Shown: positions 1 through 10,119, counted from the first letter of the stretch. The stretch is 64,000 nucleotides of DNA from an uncultured Actinomycetota bacterium (GCA_963721365.1 CAVRJE010000020.1:6173-70172), one strand, 5' to 3'. The notes: generated by a model from the sequence alone, not told the origin. A program made the numbers and translations.

Positions 1-256
1 TCACTCGCCACGACAGGGCGTGGCCCTGCACAGCCTGAGCCACATACCGGCCGAAGAGACGATTGGTGGTCAGCCAGGCATGCCAGCGGGTCGAACTACG
101 GGCAAAGCAGTAGGCGGCAAGGAGGATGAAGGGGGTCGTCGGCATCACCGGCAGGACCGCGCCGACCGCCCCCAGGCCAAGCGCCAGGAAACCGGCCCCC
201 AGAAGGGCGATCCGCTTCGCTCCGGCGGCTGCTGGCATGCGGGGGTCCAGGGTCAT
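1..256 (-). CDS. YbaN/DUF454 family membrane protein (3' end runs off the window)
   Basis: Manual translation, not in the ORF track: MTLDPRMPAAAGAKRIALLGAGFLALGLGAVGAVLPVMPTTPFILLAAYCFARSSTRWHAWL. It contains the family-typical LPxxPTTPFxLLAAxCFARSS motif. Confidence 0.85.
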   Translation of the reverse strand, partial: MTLDPRMPAAAGAKRIALLGAGFLALGLGAVGAVLPVMPTTPFILLAAYCFARSSTRWHAWLTTNRLFGRYVAQAVQGHALSWRV

Positions 257-412
257 CCTCGTCGTCCTTGCTCACATCCGCTGTTCATAATCTATTCTCA
301 ACCGACGCCCCCCGGCCCCCGGACGGTTCCTGCGCACCCTGCTGAGAACCAAGAGGTCCGCCGTCCCGCGAGGGGCCGGCGGACCATCACTTGCACAGAA
401 TGAAAGAGGCCT

Positions 413-967
413 CTACGCCTCCGGGGGGGCGACCGTTGGTTCCGCCGCGGACACGATCGGCGCCTCCACCGCGGGCGCCACGGGGGGCTCCGGTGCGGCG
501 ACGAACGGGTTCTCCTCGGCGACGACGACCGGCTCCGCGCTCGCCGGCCCGACCGGTGGCCCTTCCGCAACGACGACCGGGTCGACGTACTCGGGCTCCA
601 GAGGACCGTCCATGGCGACGAACCCGATCAAGGCAAGCACGTAGAGCGCGAGAAGGACAATGGACCAGATAGGATGGACGGGGAGCATGAAGAGTTGCGA
701 GATGATTGCCAAGGACGCCGCTACCACGCCCACGACGCGCGCCCAAGTCGCTCCTCGCACAACGTACAGGCCACCGAAAAGCAGGACCGCCCCGATGACG
801 ATATACCACACTGCAAGACCGGTTACATCGACCAGGAAGTAGCCCGAATAGCCCTGGACTATCCACTGGTCGTTGAAGAGGCCGAAAATCCCTGAGAGTA
901 TCTGGAATACTCCGACGACCATCATCAAGATGGCCCCGATCGCGGCCCAACCCCTCCAATTCTTCAT
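413..967 (-). CDS. DUF7144-like 4-TM membrane protein with acidic Pro/Ala-rich tail
   Basis: Four hydrophobic helices including 'GATWARVVGVVAASL' and 'LPVHPIWSIV'; AGGAG RBS upstream. Confidence 0.7.
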   Translation of the reverse strand: MKNWRGWAAIGAILMMVVGVFQILSGIFGLFNDQWIVQGYSGYFLVDVTGLAVWYIVIGAVLLFGGLYVVRGATWARVVGVVAASLAIISQLFMLPVHPIWSIVLLALYVLALIGFVAMDGPLEPEYVDPVVVAEGPPVGPASAEPVVVAEENPFVAAPEPPVAPAVEAPIVSAAEPTVAPPEA

Positions 968-1069
968 GGGCGGCGTCTCCTTTCACGGTGAGCGGTTATT
1001 CTCGTCGGCTCCAGTATGAAAGAGCGGGTGCCCACTTGCAAGCCGCCGCGGAAGAAGGTCCGAGCAGTT

Positions 1070-1105
1070 GCGGCTTGTGTGAGACTAGCGGCTTGTGTGA
1101 GACTA
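1070..1105. repeat. 18-bp perfect tandem duplication spanning the stop codon of the YihY gene
   Basis: gcggcttgtgtgagacta x2. Confidence 0.9.
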
Positions 1106-2182
1106 GCCGCTTCCTGAGGGCGTCGCCGGCTGATCCGGCCCCGGCGCCCCAACATCCACGTCGGGCAACTCCGTGACCGGCGCGGCATAGTCGTGGAGCA
1201 CCATAGTCTTGCCCCTCCACAGGTACATCGCCCGGTTGAACCGGACTCCGACCAGGGTGATGATGGCCATGACGTCGACCCAGAAGATGACGCCGACCAA
1301 GGCACCGATCGCACCCGCGTATTTCGCGGATCCCGTCCAGGATAGGTACATGCCGAAGAACCGGGTCGCGACGGTCCAGGCCATGGCGACGAGCAGAGTG
1401 GGGAACCAACAGTCCAGCACGCGCAGGTGGACGTCCGGCAGGACGACGAAGATCGTGACCAGCGCAAGCCAACTCACGAGGAAGGGGATCACGGCCTGTG
1501 CGACGTTTATGACGATGCCCGAGCGGCCTGTAAGGTCCTCGAGCCAGGCGATAGCCGTCCCCAGAACCAGGGAGACCACAAGTAGAACAGTGGGAATGAG
1601 AATGAGGCCGAATACAAGGAGTCGAGACATCACCCTGCGAAACGAGAACGCTCTCGAAACGACCCTGACGTCCCACATGATGTTGAACGAGACCTGCAGA
1701 CGGACGAACAGCCGGGTGGCCCCATAGAGCAGAATCCCCAGGCTGACGATGGCGAAAGTCCTCGAGCCGGTGCTGCTTCGTATCAAGGACGTCGCGACAG
1801 TGCTGAGCATGGCGGCCATATCTTCGCCCATGTACCTGCCCAATTCATGGGTCAACCTGGCGTCCGCAGGAGGCAGTCCGCTGCCGAGCAGACGCCCCGT
1901 GATCTGGAGCGTGAGCAAGAGGAGGGGCCCCATGGAGAACAGCGCGTAGTAGGCGATGCCGGCGCTCAGAAGGGGACCGTTACGCCGGCTGTAACCCCGA
2001 TACAGGTTCCAGACAAAACCGACGACAGGCATCTTGTCGATGCGACCCTTGGGATTGGGCACAGAAAGCAGGGAGCCTACCCCGTTCGACCCCTCGGGCG
2101 AGGCCTGACCGCCGACTTCGGCCGGGTGTTCGACTGGTTCGCCCTGCTGTGGGCTCTCTTCGTGGGTGCCGCCGATCGCCAA
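1103..2182 (-). CDS. YihY/virulence factor BrkB family membrane protein
   Basis: 'SAGIAYYALFS.GPLL' motif, about 6 TM helices, and 'YAGAIGALVGVIFW'. Confidence 0.85.
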   Translation of the reverse strand: MAIGGTHEESPQQGEPVEHPAEVGGQASPEGSNGVGSLLSVPNPKGRIDKMPVVGFVWNLYRGYSRRNGPLLSAGIAYYALFSMGPLLLLTLQITGRLLGSGLPPADARLTHELGRYMGEDMAAMLSTVATSLIRSSTGSRTFAIVSLGILLYGATRLFVRLQVSFNIMWDVRVVSRAFSFRRVMSRLLVFGLILIPTVLLVVSLVLGTAIAWLEDLTGRSGIVINVAQAVIPFLVSWLALVTIFVVLPDVHLRVLDCWFPTLLVAMAWTVATRFFGMYLSWTGSAKYAGAIGALVGVIFWVDVMAIITLVGVRFNRAMYLWRGKTMVLHDYAAPVTELPDVDVGAPGPDQPATPSGSG

Positions 2183-2185
2183 GCC

Positions 2186-2980
2186 CTATTCCCCCGTTTG
2201 TCCCTGGGAAGCCGCCGACTCCAGCAGTCCGTCAAGTGTAATAAATTCTCCGGGGGGAAGCACGACTGTGCGAACGTCGGGGGCGTACTCCGCGGCGTAC
2301 CGCAGGAAGTCGCGGGGCGGGTCCACCAGATACCGCCCATAGCACCTTCCGATCCCGAGGGGCAGGAACGTGCCCCAGTGGATAGGAATGGCCAGCCGGG
2401 GCCGGAGGATCCTCAAGGCTTGAGCGGCCGTCTGCGGCGACATGTGGTCTTCGGGCAACCGGAGACCCCACCCCCAGATGGGGAGCAGAGCCACGTCCAG
2501 CCCCTCGCTGAGATCGGCCAGGCCGTCGAAAAGCCCGGTATCGCCGGCAAAATAGATGGTGAGCGAACCGCGGATCATGTAGCCGACGGCTCCCGCCATA
2601 TGGCCCCAGGGGTAGCGCTTGCCGGTGTGGTTAGCGGGCGTGGCGGTGACCGTGACGCCGCCTATCTGGAGCGCCTCCCCGGGAGCGAGTTCACGAACGT
2701 CCCGAAAGCGATATGGACGGAGGATGGCCCGAGCCCCTGGAGGCACAACCAGCGGCACGTCGCGAGGGAGCAGACGCAGGGACCGAGGATTCACGTGATC
2801 CAGATGCAGATGGGAGATGAGCACCGCGCCAAGGTCTTGAGTGACGCGCAGGTCGGGCAGGGGGCCGTGACGGGTGAGCACCGGGAATCGCCAACGGAGA
2901 ACGGGATCGGTCAGGAGGCGCACACCATCGAGTTCGATGAGAAGCGTCTCGTGTCCCAGGTATGTGATGGTCGGTTCCAC
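2186..2980 (-). CDS. MBL-fold metallo-hydrolase (UlaG/NAPE-PLD-like)
   Basis: 'LGHETLLIE', 'TDP', SHLHLDH, 'FAGDT', 'PIHWGT' motifs. Confidence 0.9.
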   Translation of the reverse strand: MEPTITYLGHETLLIELDGVRLLTDPVLRWRFPVLTRHGPLPDLRVTQDLGAVLISHLHLDHVNPRSLRLLPRDVPLVVPPGARAILRPYRFRDVRELAPGEALQIGGVTVTATPANHTGKRYPWGHMAGAVGYMIRGSLTIYFAGDTGLFDGLADLSEGLDVALLPIWGWGLRLPEDHMSPQTAAQALRILRPRLAIPIHWGTFLPLGIGRCYGRYLVDPPRDFLRYAAEYAPDVRTVVLPPGEFITLDGLLESAASQGQTGE

Positions 2981-3063
2981 AGCGGCAAGGTCAAGAACGG
3001 CGCGGAGGCCGGCGTTGCCGCCGGCCTCCGCGCGCTCGTCCTATCGTAAGAGCCTCGATGGTG

Positions 3064-3366
3064 TCAGGCCGCGTACCCCGGCACCTTCTTGCGGCTGCGC
3101 CACGCGCCGCCACCGTGGGAGGCGATGTCGAACAGTATGCCTATGACGACCAGGATGTATCCCCAGAAGTAGAGGCTTCCGTCCGCCGTGCCGCCCCACC
3201 AGGCTATGGTGTAGAACAGCGTGGTCCACGGAGCAAAGACCACCCCGATTATCGGCCAGAAGGCCGTGTCAAACACCCGGTGGAAGAATGCCGTATCGGC
3301 GATCCACCAGATGATGAAGGCCACGCGTGGGCCCAGGGTGCCCATCACAGCGAGCAAACAGCACAT
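3064..3366 (-). CDS. Small uncharacterised membrane protein (MCC start, 'APWTTL' motif)
   Basis: 100 aa with 3 TM helices; a paralog lies at 23805-24108. Confidence 0.75.
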   Translation of the reverse strand: MCCLLAVMGTLGPRVAFIIWWIADTAFFHRVFDTAFWPIIGVVFAPWTTLFYTIAWWGGTADGSLYFWGYILVVIGILFDIASHGGGAWRSRKKVPGYAA

Positions 3367-3398
3367 ATCAGCGCCCCCCTCGGATGAGCTCTCGTCGA

Positions 3399-3842
3399 CT
3401 AGGCCATAGCTTTCCGCTTGAGTTCCTGGAACTCGGCGTCGGTGATGGCGCCGCTATCCTTCAAGGCCTGGGCCTTGGCGATCTCCTCAGCCGCCGAGTA
3501 GCCGGCCGCCCGCTGTTGACGTGCCTGCGCCTCTTCCATGAGCTGCTTGTCCTGTTCGGTCATCTTCGGCCGGGCGATCATGTAGATCAAGATTCCGAGC
3601 AGCGGGAGGAAGATGATGAAGAAGATCCACATGGCCTTCTTGCCGCCGCCGATATCGTTGCGCCGGAAGATGTCGCTGAAGATGGCGATGAACATCCAGA
3701 TGTAGATCATCCAGAAGAAGAAGATGCACATCGTCCAGATGACGCTGCCCTGGCCCCAGGTGTTACTGCACCCGGTAAGGGTGAGCAACAGGATGCCCAT
3801 CAGCATGAGCAGGACCAACCACCGTTTTGAGAATTGCTTCAT
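3399..3842 (-). CDS. PLDc_N-like + SHOCT membrane protein with lipobox-like N-terminus
   Basis: 'LTLTGC' signal, 'DIFRRNDIGGGKKAMW...PLLGILIYMIARP', C-terminal SHOCT 'LKDSGAITDAEFQELKRK'. Confidence 0.85.
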   Translation of the reverse strand: MKQFSKRWLVLLMLMGILLLTLTGCSNTWGQGSVIWTMCIFFFWMIYIWMFIAIFSDIFRRNDIGGGKKAMWIFFIIFLPLLGILIYMIARPKMTEQDKQLMEEAQARQQRAAGYSAAEEIAKAQALKDSGAITDAEFQELKRKAMA

Positions 3843-3885
3843 AGACCCCTCCGTTTCGTTCCGGGTTACGACCGACTACAACCGA

Positions 3886-4245
3886 CTACAATCCCAGCAA
3901 TTTCGCCTTCGCCGCGGCGAACTCTTCATCAGTGAGGATGCCCTGCGCCTTCAGCTCCGCCAGCTTCTGGAGCTGAGCGGTGGTGTCGGGCGCAGCCGGG
4001 GCGGCTGCGGGCGCGGCTGCCTGCTGGGCGGCGACCGCCTGAGCCGCGGCTGTAGCGGCCGCCGCTTCCATGGCGGCCTGCTGGTCGGCCGCTTGGTACG
4101 CAGCGAGCTCTTGCTGGTCGGCCGCAGCCTGTTGCTGGCCGGCCGCCTTGTTCGCTTGATGGCCTCTCACCGCGCCGGCCGTGCCGGCGACGACGGCGGT
4201 GGTAGCAGCCACGCCTATCAAGCTGGGGCCTCGGCGTCTTCTCAT
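3886..4245 (-). CDS. SHOCT domain protein (Ala/Gln-rich)
   Basis: Start MRRRRGPSLIGVAATTAVVAGTA after a GGAGG RBS; C-terminus 'LQKLAELKAQGILTDEEFAAAKAKLLGL'. A 10-bp tandem accgactaca x2 (3871-3890) covers its stop. Confidence 0.85.
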   Translation of the reverse strand: MRRRRGPSLIGVAATTAVVAGTAGAVRGHQANKAAGQQQAAADQQELAAYQAADQQAAMEAAAATAAAQAVAAQQAAAPAAAPAAPDTTAQLQKLAELKAQGILTDEEFAAAKAKLLGL

Positions 4246-4277
4246 CTTATGTGCCTCCCTGTCTTGTTCCCTTTGTC

Positions 4278-4721
4278 TTACTCGGCCGAATTCTTGGCGG
4301 CCGCCATGACGGCCTGGACTGCTTCGTACGGGATATAGTCCCAAGCCATGAGCATTCCGTCCGCGCCCCGAATCGCTTCGGCGAACTTGCGGGCCCACAG
4401 GTTTTCCCACACAAGGACGGCGGCCGAGGAGTTGGGTTCGAGGGCCTGGGCGGCGGCCAGCAGGTCGTCCTCGTTGAGTAGATCGCCTATCTGCTTCTCG
4501 AAGGCGCCAAAGGGGGCGGCTTCGTCGTCGGCCAGATCCTCGAGTTCCACGATAAGGATGGAGCCGTCGGCATCCTTCTTGACGAAGGCCAGGTCCATCA
4601 CCCGGATGGTGCCGGCCTTGACGAGGTCCCCCAGCGCGGGAATGATCTCGCCCTTGAACTTGTTGCCCGGGAAGCCCAGAACGATGTACTGGATCGGGCC
4701 CAATGATGCCTCCACTGCCAT
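4278..4721 (-). CDS. DUF6325 family protein
   Basis: 'LGPIQYIVLGFPGNKFKGEIIPAL.DLV..GTIRV.DL.FV.KD.DG' and 'LVWENLWA'; GGGAGG RBS before the ATG at 4721. Confidence 0.8.
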   Translation of the reverse strand: MAVEASLGPIQYIVLGFPGNKFKGEIIPALGDLVKAGTIRVMDLAFVKKDADGSILIVELEDLADDEAAPFGAFEKQIGDLLNEDDLLAAAQALEPNSSAAVLVWENLWARKFAEAIRGADGMLMAWDYIPYEAVQAVMAAAKNSAE

Positions 4722-4906
4722 ATCCTCCCTTGCTTTCATCTGACGGTGACGCCCCGAGCAACCTCCGGGATCGGACAAACGTGTCGTCTGCCCGAGGGAG
4801 CACCCAGCGTACCGATTACAGCGCTATCTCACATTAGGCGACGCGACCGACGAACGCAAGCATACCCAAAAGACTCGATCGTCATGCACGGGCCCCTCTA
4901 ACCAGC

Positions 4907-4931
4907 GTTTTGATTCGGTCCGCCGGGGTAG
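4907..4931 (+). promoter_or_regulatory. Putative SigB/SigF-type promoter (GTTT-N15-GGGTAG)
   Basis: Motif ends 40 bp upstream of the GH13 gene; similar motifs at 10231 and 21068. Confidence 0.45.
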
Positions 4932-4971
4932 TAGGCTAAGGACACCGGACGGCACTGGAGGCACGGCAAGG

Positions 4972-6435
4972 GTGGACATGAGCAAGAATCCCTCTCTCTA
5001 CCAGATCAACGCCCGAGCTTGGCTTACCGAACTCTCCCGGCGCTTGGGTTACGCTGCCGGCCTGGACAACGTCCCCGACGCCGATCTGGACCGCATGGCC
5101 GCGAACGGGTTCGAGCTCGTCTATTTGCTGGGCGTTTGGCGGACCGGCGAGGCCGGACGCTCTGTATCGCGGAGCAACGCTCGGTGGCGGGAAGAGTTCC
5201 TCCAGGCGGTCCCCGACCTGCGCGAGGACGATATCTGCGGCTCGTGTTTCGCGGTCATCGGGTACGACATGTCGCCGAGGTTCGGCGATGACGAAGCCCT
5301 CGCCCGCTTCCGGGCCCGCCTGAATCAACGAGGGCTCAAGCTCATCCTGGACTTCGTGCCCAACCACACGGCTCCCGATCACCCCTGGGTGACCGAGCAT
5401 CCCGACTACTACATGCACGGGACGGACTCCGACCTGGCCCGCCAGCCCCAGAACTTCTTACGCACGAAGGAGGGGTCGATCCTGGCCTACGGGCGGGACC
5501 CGTATTTTGACGGCTGGCCAGACACGCTGCAGCTCGACTACGCCAATCCGGCTCTGCAGCAGGCCATGCTGGGCGAGTTGGCACGGGTGGCGGACCGCTG
5601 CGACGGGGTGCGCTGCGACATGGCCATGCTTGTTCTGCCCGACGTGTTCGAGTGGACCTGGGGCAAGACGCCTCAGCCTTTCTGGCCGGGGGCCGTGGCT
5701 CGGATCAAGGCTGAGCATCCTGGTTTTCTATTCATGGCCGAGGTCTATTGGGGACGCGAGTGGGAGCTGCAACAGCAGGGCTTCGACTACACCTACGACA
5801 AGCGGCTGTATGACCGGCTGATCGAAGGCGATGCCAACAAGGTCCGCGATCATCTGCGCGCCGATACCGATTTTCAACGTCGTTCGGCGCGATTCCTCGA
5901 GAACCACGACGAGCCCAGGGCGGCGGCGACCTTCCGGCCGGACAAGCACCGGGCGGCGGCAGTCGTCACGTTTCTCTGCCCCGGCCTGCGGTTCTTCCAG
6001 GAGGGCCAAGCGGAAGGGGCGAAGGTCCACCTGCCCATGCACCTCTGCCGCCGGCCGGAGGAGCCGGTCGACGAGGAAATCGGTGCGTTCTACCGATCGC
6101 TGGTCGCCTGCCTTCGCACCCCGGCGGTACGGGAAGGCGACTGGCAACTCCTCGAGGCGGGGCCTGCCTGGAACGGCAACTGGACGCACGACTGCTTCGT
6201 GGTGCAGGCGTGGCAGGGCGCGAACGGTGACCGGCTGATCGCAGCGGTGAACTTCGCCGACCATCAGAGCCAGTGTTACACGCCCTTGCCCTTCGCCGAT
6301 CTGGCCGGAAGGCGCTGGATGCTCCGCGACCTGCTGAGCGACACCAGCTATGCGCGCGAGGGAGACATGCTCAACTCCCCGGGCCTCTACCTTGACATGC
6401 CGGCGTGGGGTCATCACGTGTTCCGGCTGACGTAG
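4972..6435 (+). CDS. GH13 alpha-amylase family glycoside hydrolase
   Basis: 'LDFVPNH', catalytic 'RCDMA', 'MAEVY' and 'ENHD' motifs. Confidence 0.9.
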   Translation: MDMSKNPSLYQINARAWLTELSRRLGYAAGLDNVPDADLDRMAANGFELVYLLGVWRTGEAGRSVSRSNARWREEFLQAVPDLREDDICGSCFAVIGYDMSPRFGDDEALARFRARLNQRGLKLILDFVPNHTAPDHPWVTEHPDYYMHGTDSDLARQPQNFLRTKEGSILAYGRDPYFDGWPDTLQLDYANPALQQAMLGELARVADRCDGVRCDMAMLVLPDVFEWTWGKTPQPFWPGAVARIKAEHPGFLFMAEVYWGREWELQQQGFDYTYDKRLYDRLIEGDANKVRDHLRADTDFQRRSARFLENHDEPRAAATFRPDKHRAAAVVTFLCPGLRFFQEGQAEGAKVHLPMHLCRRPEEPVDEEIGAFYRSLVACLRTPAVREGDWQLLEAGPAWNGNWTHDCFVVQAWQGANGDRLIAAVNFADHQSQCYTPLPFADLAGRRWMLRDLLSDTSYAREGDMLNSPGLYLDMPAWGHHVFRLT

Positions 6436-6522
6436 CGCCCCCCATGAGGCCGATGCCTCGGCTCGACGCGAGCGCCGGCGAGGCTTTTCTACCCCTGCCG
6501 CGCCCCTGCTATGCTCTGTACC

Positions 6523-7485
6523 ATGAGGCGCCTGCTCCGTAGAGTGTTTCGCCCACTCGCTCCCGTCGGCGGTCTGCTCAAGGACGCGTTCGATGGCGCG
6601 TGGGCGCACAACATCAGCCGTATGGCGGGATCGATCGCCTATTTCGGCGCCTTCAGCCTCGCGCCGATGATCGTGATCATGACGGCGCTCGCGTCGCTTG
6701 TGTTCGGCAAGAGCGCCACTGAGGGCCTGATAGCCGAGCGACTTACCAGTACGTTCGGCGAGGAGACCGCCCACTTTATCCAGTCGATGCTCGCTGCCAT
6801 CTACAGCAGCAGCGGGCTCACGGTGGCCACCGTGCTCGCCGTCCTCGCCCTGATTTGGGCCGCGACCCGCATCATAGGCTCGGTCCGCGGGGCTCTCAAC
6901 GACATCTGGGGAGTGAAGGGGCATGGCGGAGGAGGCATCCTGGGCTTTGTCTTCGGCAAGTTGATCGACGTAGGGATGGTGATCGTCATCGGCTTCATGT
7001 TCCTCGCTTCGATGTTCGCCAACACCGCGGTTACAACTCTCACCACCTATTTCTCGAACATCCTTCCTCTGCCCGGCTGGCTACTGCAGGTCTTCGGCAT
7101 CTTACTGTCGCTCCTGGTGTCGACGGTCTTCTTGACGGTCATCTTCCGGGTGCTCCCGAACATCAAGGTGCGCTGGCTCTACATAGTGGTGGGCGCTTCT
7201 ATCACCGCGGTGCTTTTCAGCATCGGCAACTACTTCATCGGACGGTATCTGGGGCGCACCAGCCCCGGTTCGGCGTTCGGAGCGGCCGGTTCGCTCGCGG
7301 TGATAATGATCTGGATCTACTACGTTGCCTACATCATCATCTTCGGAGCGGAGGTAACGAAGGCGTACGCCCACCGGGCGAGCGTGCGGCAGATGCAGGC
7401 CGCGGCCACGGAGGCGGCGGGGTCATCTGATTCAACCGTGGCCGCCGAGCAGCGGGCGACCTTTGACGAGACGGTCCCTTCTTGA
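6523..7485 (+). CDS. YihY/BrkB family membrane protein (second copy)
   Basis: 'AGSIAYFGAFSLAP' and 'AFGAAGSLAVIMIWIYY'. Start placed at ATG 6523, 7 nt after TATGCT (leaderless-type). Confidence 0.9.
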   Translation: MRRLLRRVFRPLAPVGGLLKDAFDGAWAHNISRMAGSIAYFGAFSLAPMIVIMTALASLVFGKSATEGLIAERLTSTFGEETAHFIQSMLAAIYSSSGLTVATVLAVLALIWAATRIIGSVRGALNDIWGVKGHGGGGILGFVFGKLIDVGMVIVIGFMFLASMFANTAVTTLTTYFSNILPLPGWLLQVFGILLSLLVSTVFLTVIFRVLPNIKVRWLYIVVGASITAVLFSIGNYFIGRYLGRTSPGSAFGAAGSLAVIMIWIYYVAYIIIFGAEVTKAYAHRASVRQMQAAATEAAGSSDSTVAAEQRATFDETVPS

Positions 7486-7566
7486 TTTCCGGTCGAAACA
7501 GCCTAAGCTGGGACGAACGAGCGGCCCTCCTACGCGCACCGCGCACTCGATCTGAAGGAGCACGAG

Positions 7567-8070
7567 ATGGCCCGTATCAAGGAAAGTATCCTGATCGACT
7601 CCACCCCGGAGAAGGTCTACGCCTACGTGTCGCATGTTGACAAGTGGGCCAACTGGTTCTCCGGCCTGGGAGACATCAAGAGCGTCGAGGGCAACGGGGC
7701 CCCAGGGACCGTCATACATCAGAGCTATTCATTGATAGGCAAAGATGTGGACGTTATCACCACCGTCAAGGAGAACGGGCCCAAGCCGGGCGGCGGCTAT
7801 CTGTGGAGAAACGAGCGCGGAGGCGGCCTGCCGGGATGGCAGACGCTGAACTTCGATCCGCAGGACGGCAAGACCTTGGTCACCAGCGAGGTCGAATACG
7901 AGATGCCGGGGGGCATCTTCGGCAAGGCCGCCAACCACCTGGGCGTCAAGACCTCCCTCGAGCATTCCTTGCGCCACTCCCTGGAGAACCTCAAGAACCT
8001 CGCCGAGGAGGACTGGTTCATCGGCCGCACAGAGAAGGAAGAGGAGTGGCCGCGGCCCTGCGATAGCTGA
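7567..8070 (+). CDS. SRPBCC (START/polyketide cyclase-like) family protein
   Basis: 'ESILIDSTPEKVYAYVS...W..W' and 'YEMPGG.FG...SLENLK'; AAGGAG RBS. Confidence 0.8.
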   Translation: MARIKESILIDSTPEKVYAYVSHVDKWANWFSGLGDIKSVEGNGAPGTVIHQSYSLIGKDVDVITTVKENGPKPGGGYLWRNERGGGLPGWQTLNFDPQDGKTLVTSEVEYEMPGGIFGKAANHLGVKTSLEHSLRHSLENLKNLAEEDWFIGRTEKEEEWPRPCDS

Positions 8071-8082
8071 TCGGAGGCGAGC

Positions 8083-8472
8083 ATGGAACTGGACTACACG
8101 GTAAGCACCGGCAAGGGATTCGACCAGGCCGTCGATGCGGTGACGCAGGCGACCGCCGACGCGGGATTCCGCGTGCTCTTCGTCCACGACGTCGCCGCCA
8201 CCCTGGCCGAGAAGGGCTTCGAGCGCGAGCGGGTGAGCATAGTGGAGGTGTGCAACGCCAAGTACGCGAGCCAGGTGCTGGCGGCCGACGCCAAGATCGG
8301 GCTGATGCTGCCCTGCCCCATCATGGTGTACGCAGAGAAGAGTGAGGTGTTCATCACCACCATGCGGCCTAGCCTGATCGCCGACTTCTTCCCCAGCGCC
8401 GGCATCGCCGACGTGGCGCTCAAGGTGGAAGAGGCGCTCCTGGGGATCATCGACAAGGCCGCCGCCGGCTGA
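8083..8472 (+). CDS. DUF302 domain protein
   Basis: 'GFRVLFVHDV..TL..KG', 'EVCN..YA' and 'IGLMLPC.I.VY'. Confidence 0.9.
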   Translation: MELDYTVSTGKGFDQAVDAVTQATADAGFRVLFVHDVAATLAEKGFERERVSIVEVCNAKYASQVLAADAKIGLMLPCPIMVYAEKSEVFITTMRPSLIADFFPSAGIADVALKVEEALLGIIDKAAAG

Positions 8473-8484
8473 CGGCCGGCGGCG

Positions 8485-10119
8485 TCAGGCCGGCGCCGCT
8501 GAGCCCGGCTGGTGCTTTGGGATCGGCCCCGTGAAGAACAGGGCGATGACTCCCATGATGGCTAGGATGGCTAGGGCCGCGCGAAGACCCTCGATCTGCG
8601 AGGCCTCGTTCTGAGCCACGACCTCGGCAGTGAGTTCGGGTGAGGCGCCGGCCGCGGCCATCTGCGACTCGAGGTCGGCCTGCGAGATGAACGGTACGCC
8701 CGCGGCCAGGTTCACGTTGGCTTGCGCCTTCACCTCCGGCGGCACGTTGGGGTTCTGTTGGATCCCGGCTAGGAACGACACGGTGAGGGCCGCGATCAGC
8801 ACCGAGCCGGCAAGCGCGGTCCCGATGGAAGCGCCGAGCTGGCAGCCGGTGTTCTGCAGTCCCCCGACTTCGGGGCTCTTGTCGGCAGGGGCTGCCGAGA
8901 CGGTCACGGCACCGAGTTGCGACGCGAGCGCCCCCATGCCAAGACCGACGATGAGCAGCGGGACGGTCACGATCGAGGAATCGGCCCCCACGGCGAGGCT
9001 CCCGATCAGCGCCAGGATACCGACGATGATCGCCAGCAGACCAGAACGAACCGCCCGCCGAGGCGAGACCCGGGGAAGCAACTTAGGTATGCCAACGGCG
9101 GCGAGAAGCATCGTGACCGAGAGAGGCACCAGACGCAGACCGGTGTCGATAGGGGATAGCCCGAGCACGACTGAGAGAAACAGCGGCATGATGAAGAGAA
9201 TGCCGGATATGATCAGGAATTGAAAAAGGAAGGATGCGAGCCCCGCCGTTAGTTGCGGGATGCGCATCAGCGAAGGCGGGATAAGGGGCTCCTTGCCTGC
9301 GCGCTCCAGACGGCGTTGCCAGCGCATGAACACCCAGATCAAGAAGAGCCCGGCGATAATGAACCAGAAGGTGAGCGAAAGCCCGAGCAAGGACGTGGCG
9401 CCCGGCTTAGGCCGGATCCAGCCCCACACGGAGGACTTGAGCACGCCCATGACAAAGAGGGCCAGGCCGGCGGTCCAGACCCCTGCGCCAATGAGGTCGA
9501 GGTGAGGACGCTTCTCTATAGGCGGGTCGGCGGCGCGCCGGGCCAGCAGCAGTATGATGAGAACGAGGACCACTTCGCCGGCGAACACATAGCGCCACGA
9601 GAAGTACGTGGTCATGAATCCCCCGATCACAGGGCCGACGGCGATCGCGATCGCACCGGCGGCAGCCACCAGACCGTAGGCCCGCGGCCGCCCCTCAGGA
9701 GGGAAGTTGCCGGCGACCAGCGCGACGATGGCCGGCATGATCAACACGGCCCCGAAGCCTTCCAGGAACGACCAGCCGATGATGAGCACTGTGAGGTTTG
9801 GCGCCAAGGCCGTCGTCAACGAGCCGCAGCCGTAGATGATGCAGCCCAGCGAGAAGGCCCGTTTGCGGCCGATGATGCTGCCGAACTTGCCGCCTAGGAC
9901 CATGAGGCTGGCCATGACCAGCGTGTAGAGCGTGATCGCCGTCTGCACGCCGGTGACCGTCGTGCCTATGTCTGCAGCCACGGTGGCGATCGACACGTTC
10001 ATCACCGACAAGTCGAGGGCCATGAGGAACTGACCGGCGGCCAAGGTGAAGAGGATGAGACCGGCGCCGGAAGCGGCAGCACCCGCACCTGTCTTGCCGG
10101 CGCCCTTCTTCTTGGCCAT
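8485..10119 (-). CDS. MFS transporter, DHA2-like (14 TM)
   Basis: 'QFLMALDLSVMNVSI', motif-A-like 'GGKFGSIIGRKR' and 'GPVIGG'. Start MAKKKG at 10119. Confidence 0.9.
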   Translation of the reverse strand: MAKKKGAGKTGAGAAASGAGLILFTLAAGQFLMALDLSVMNVSIATVAADIGTTVTGVQTAITLYTLVMASLMVLGGKFGSIIGRKRAFSLGCIIYGCGSLTTALAPNLTVLIIGWSFLEGFGAVLIMPAIVALVAGNFPPEGRPRAYGLVAAAGAIAIAVGPVIGGFMTTYFSWRYVFAGEVVLVLIILLLARRAADPPIEKRPHLDLIGAGVWTAGLALFVMGVLKSSVWGWIRPKPGATSLLGLSLTFWFIIAGLFLIWVFMRWQRRLERAGKEPLIPPSLMRIPQLTAGLASFLFQFLIISGILFIMPLFLSVVLGLSPIDTGLRLVPLSVTMLLAAVGIPKLLPRVSPRRAVRSGLLAIIVGILALIGSLAVGADSSIVTVPLLIVGLGMGALASQLGAVTVSAAPADKSPEVGGLQNTGCQLGASIGTALAGSVLIAALTVSFLAGIQQNPNVPPEVKAQANVNLAAGVPFISQADLESQMAAAGASPELTAEVVAQNEASQIEGLRAALAILAIMGVIALFFTGPIPKHQPGSAAPA

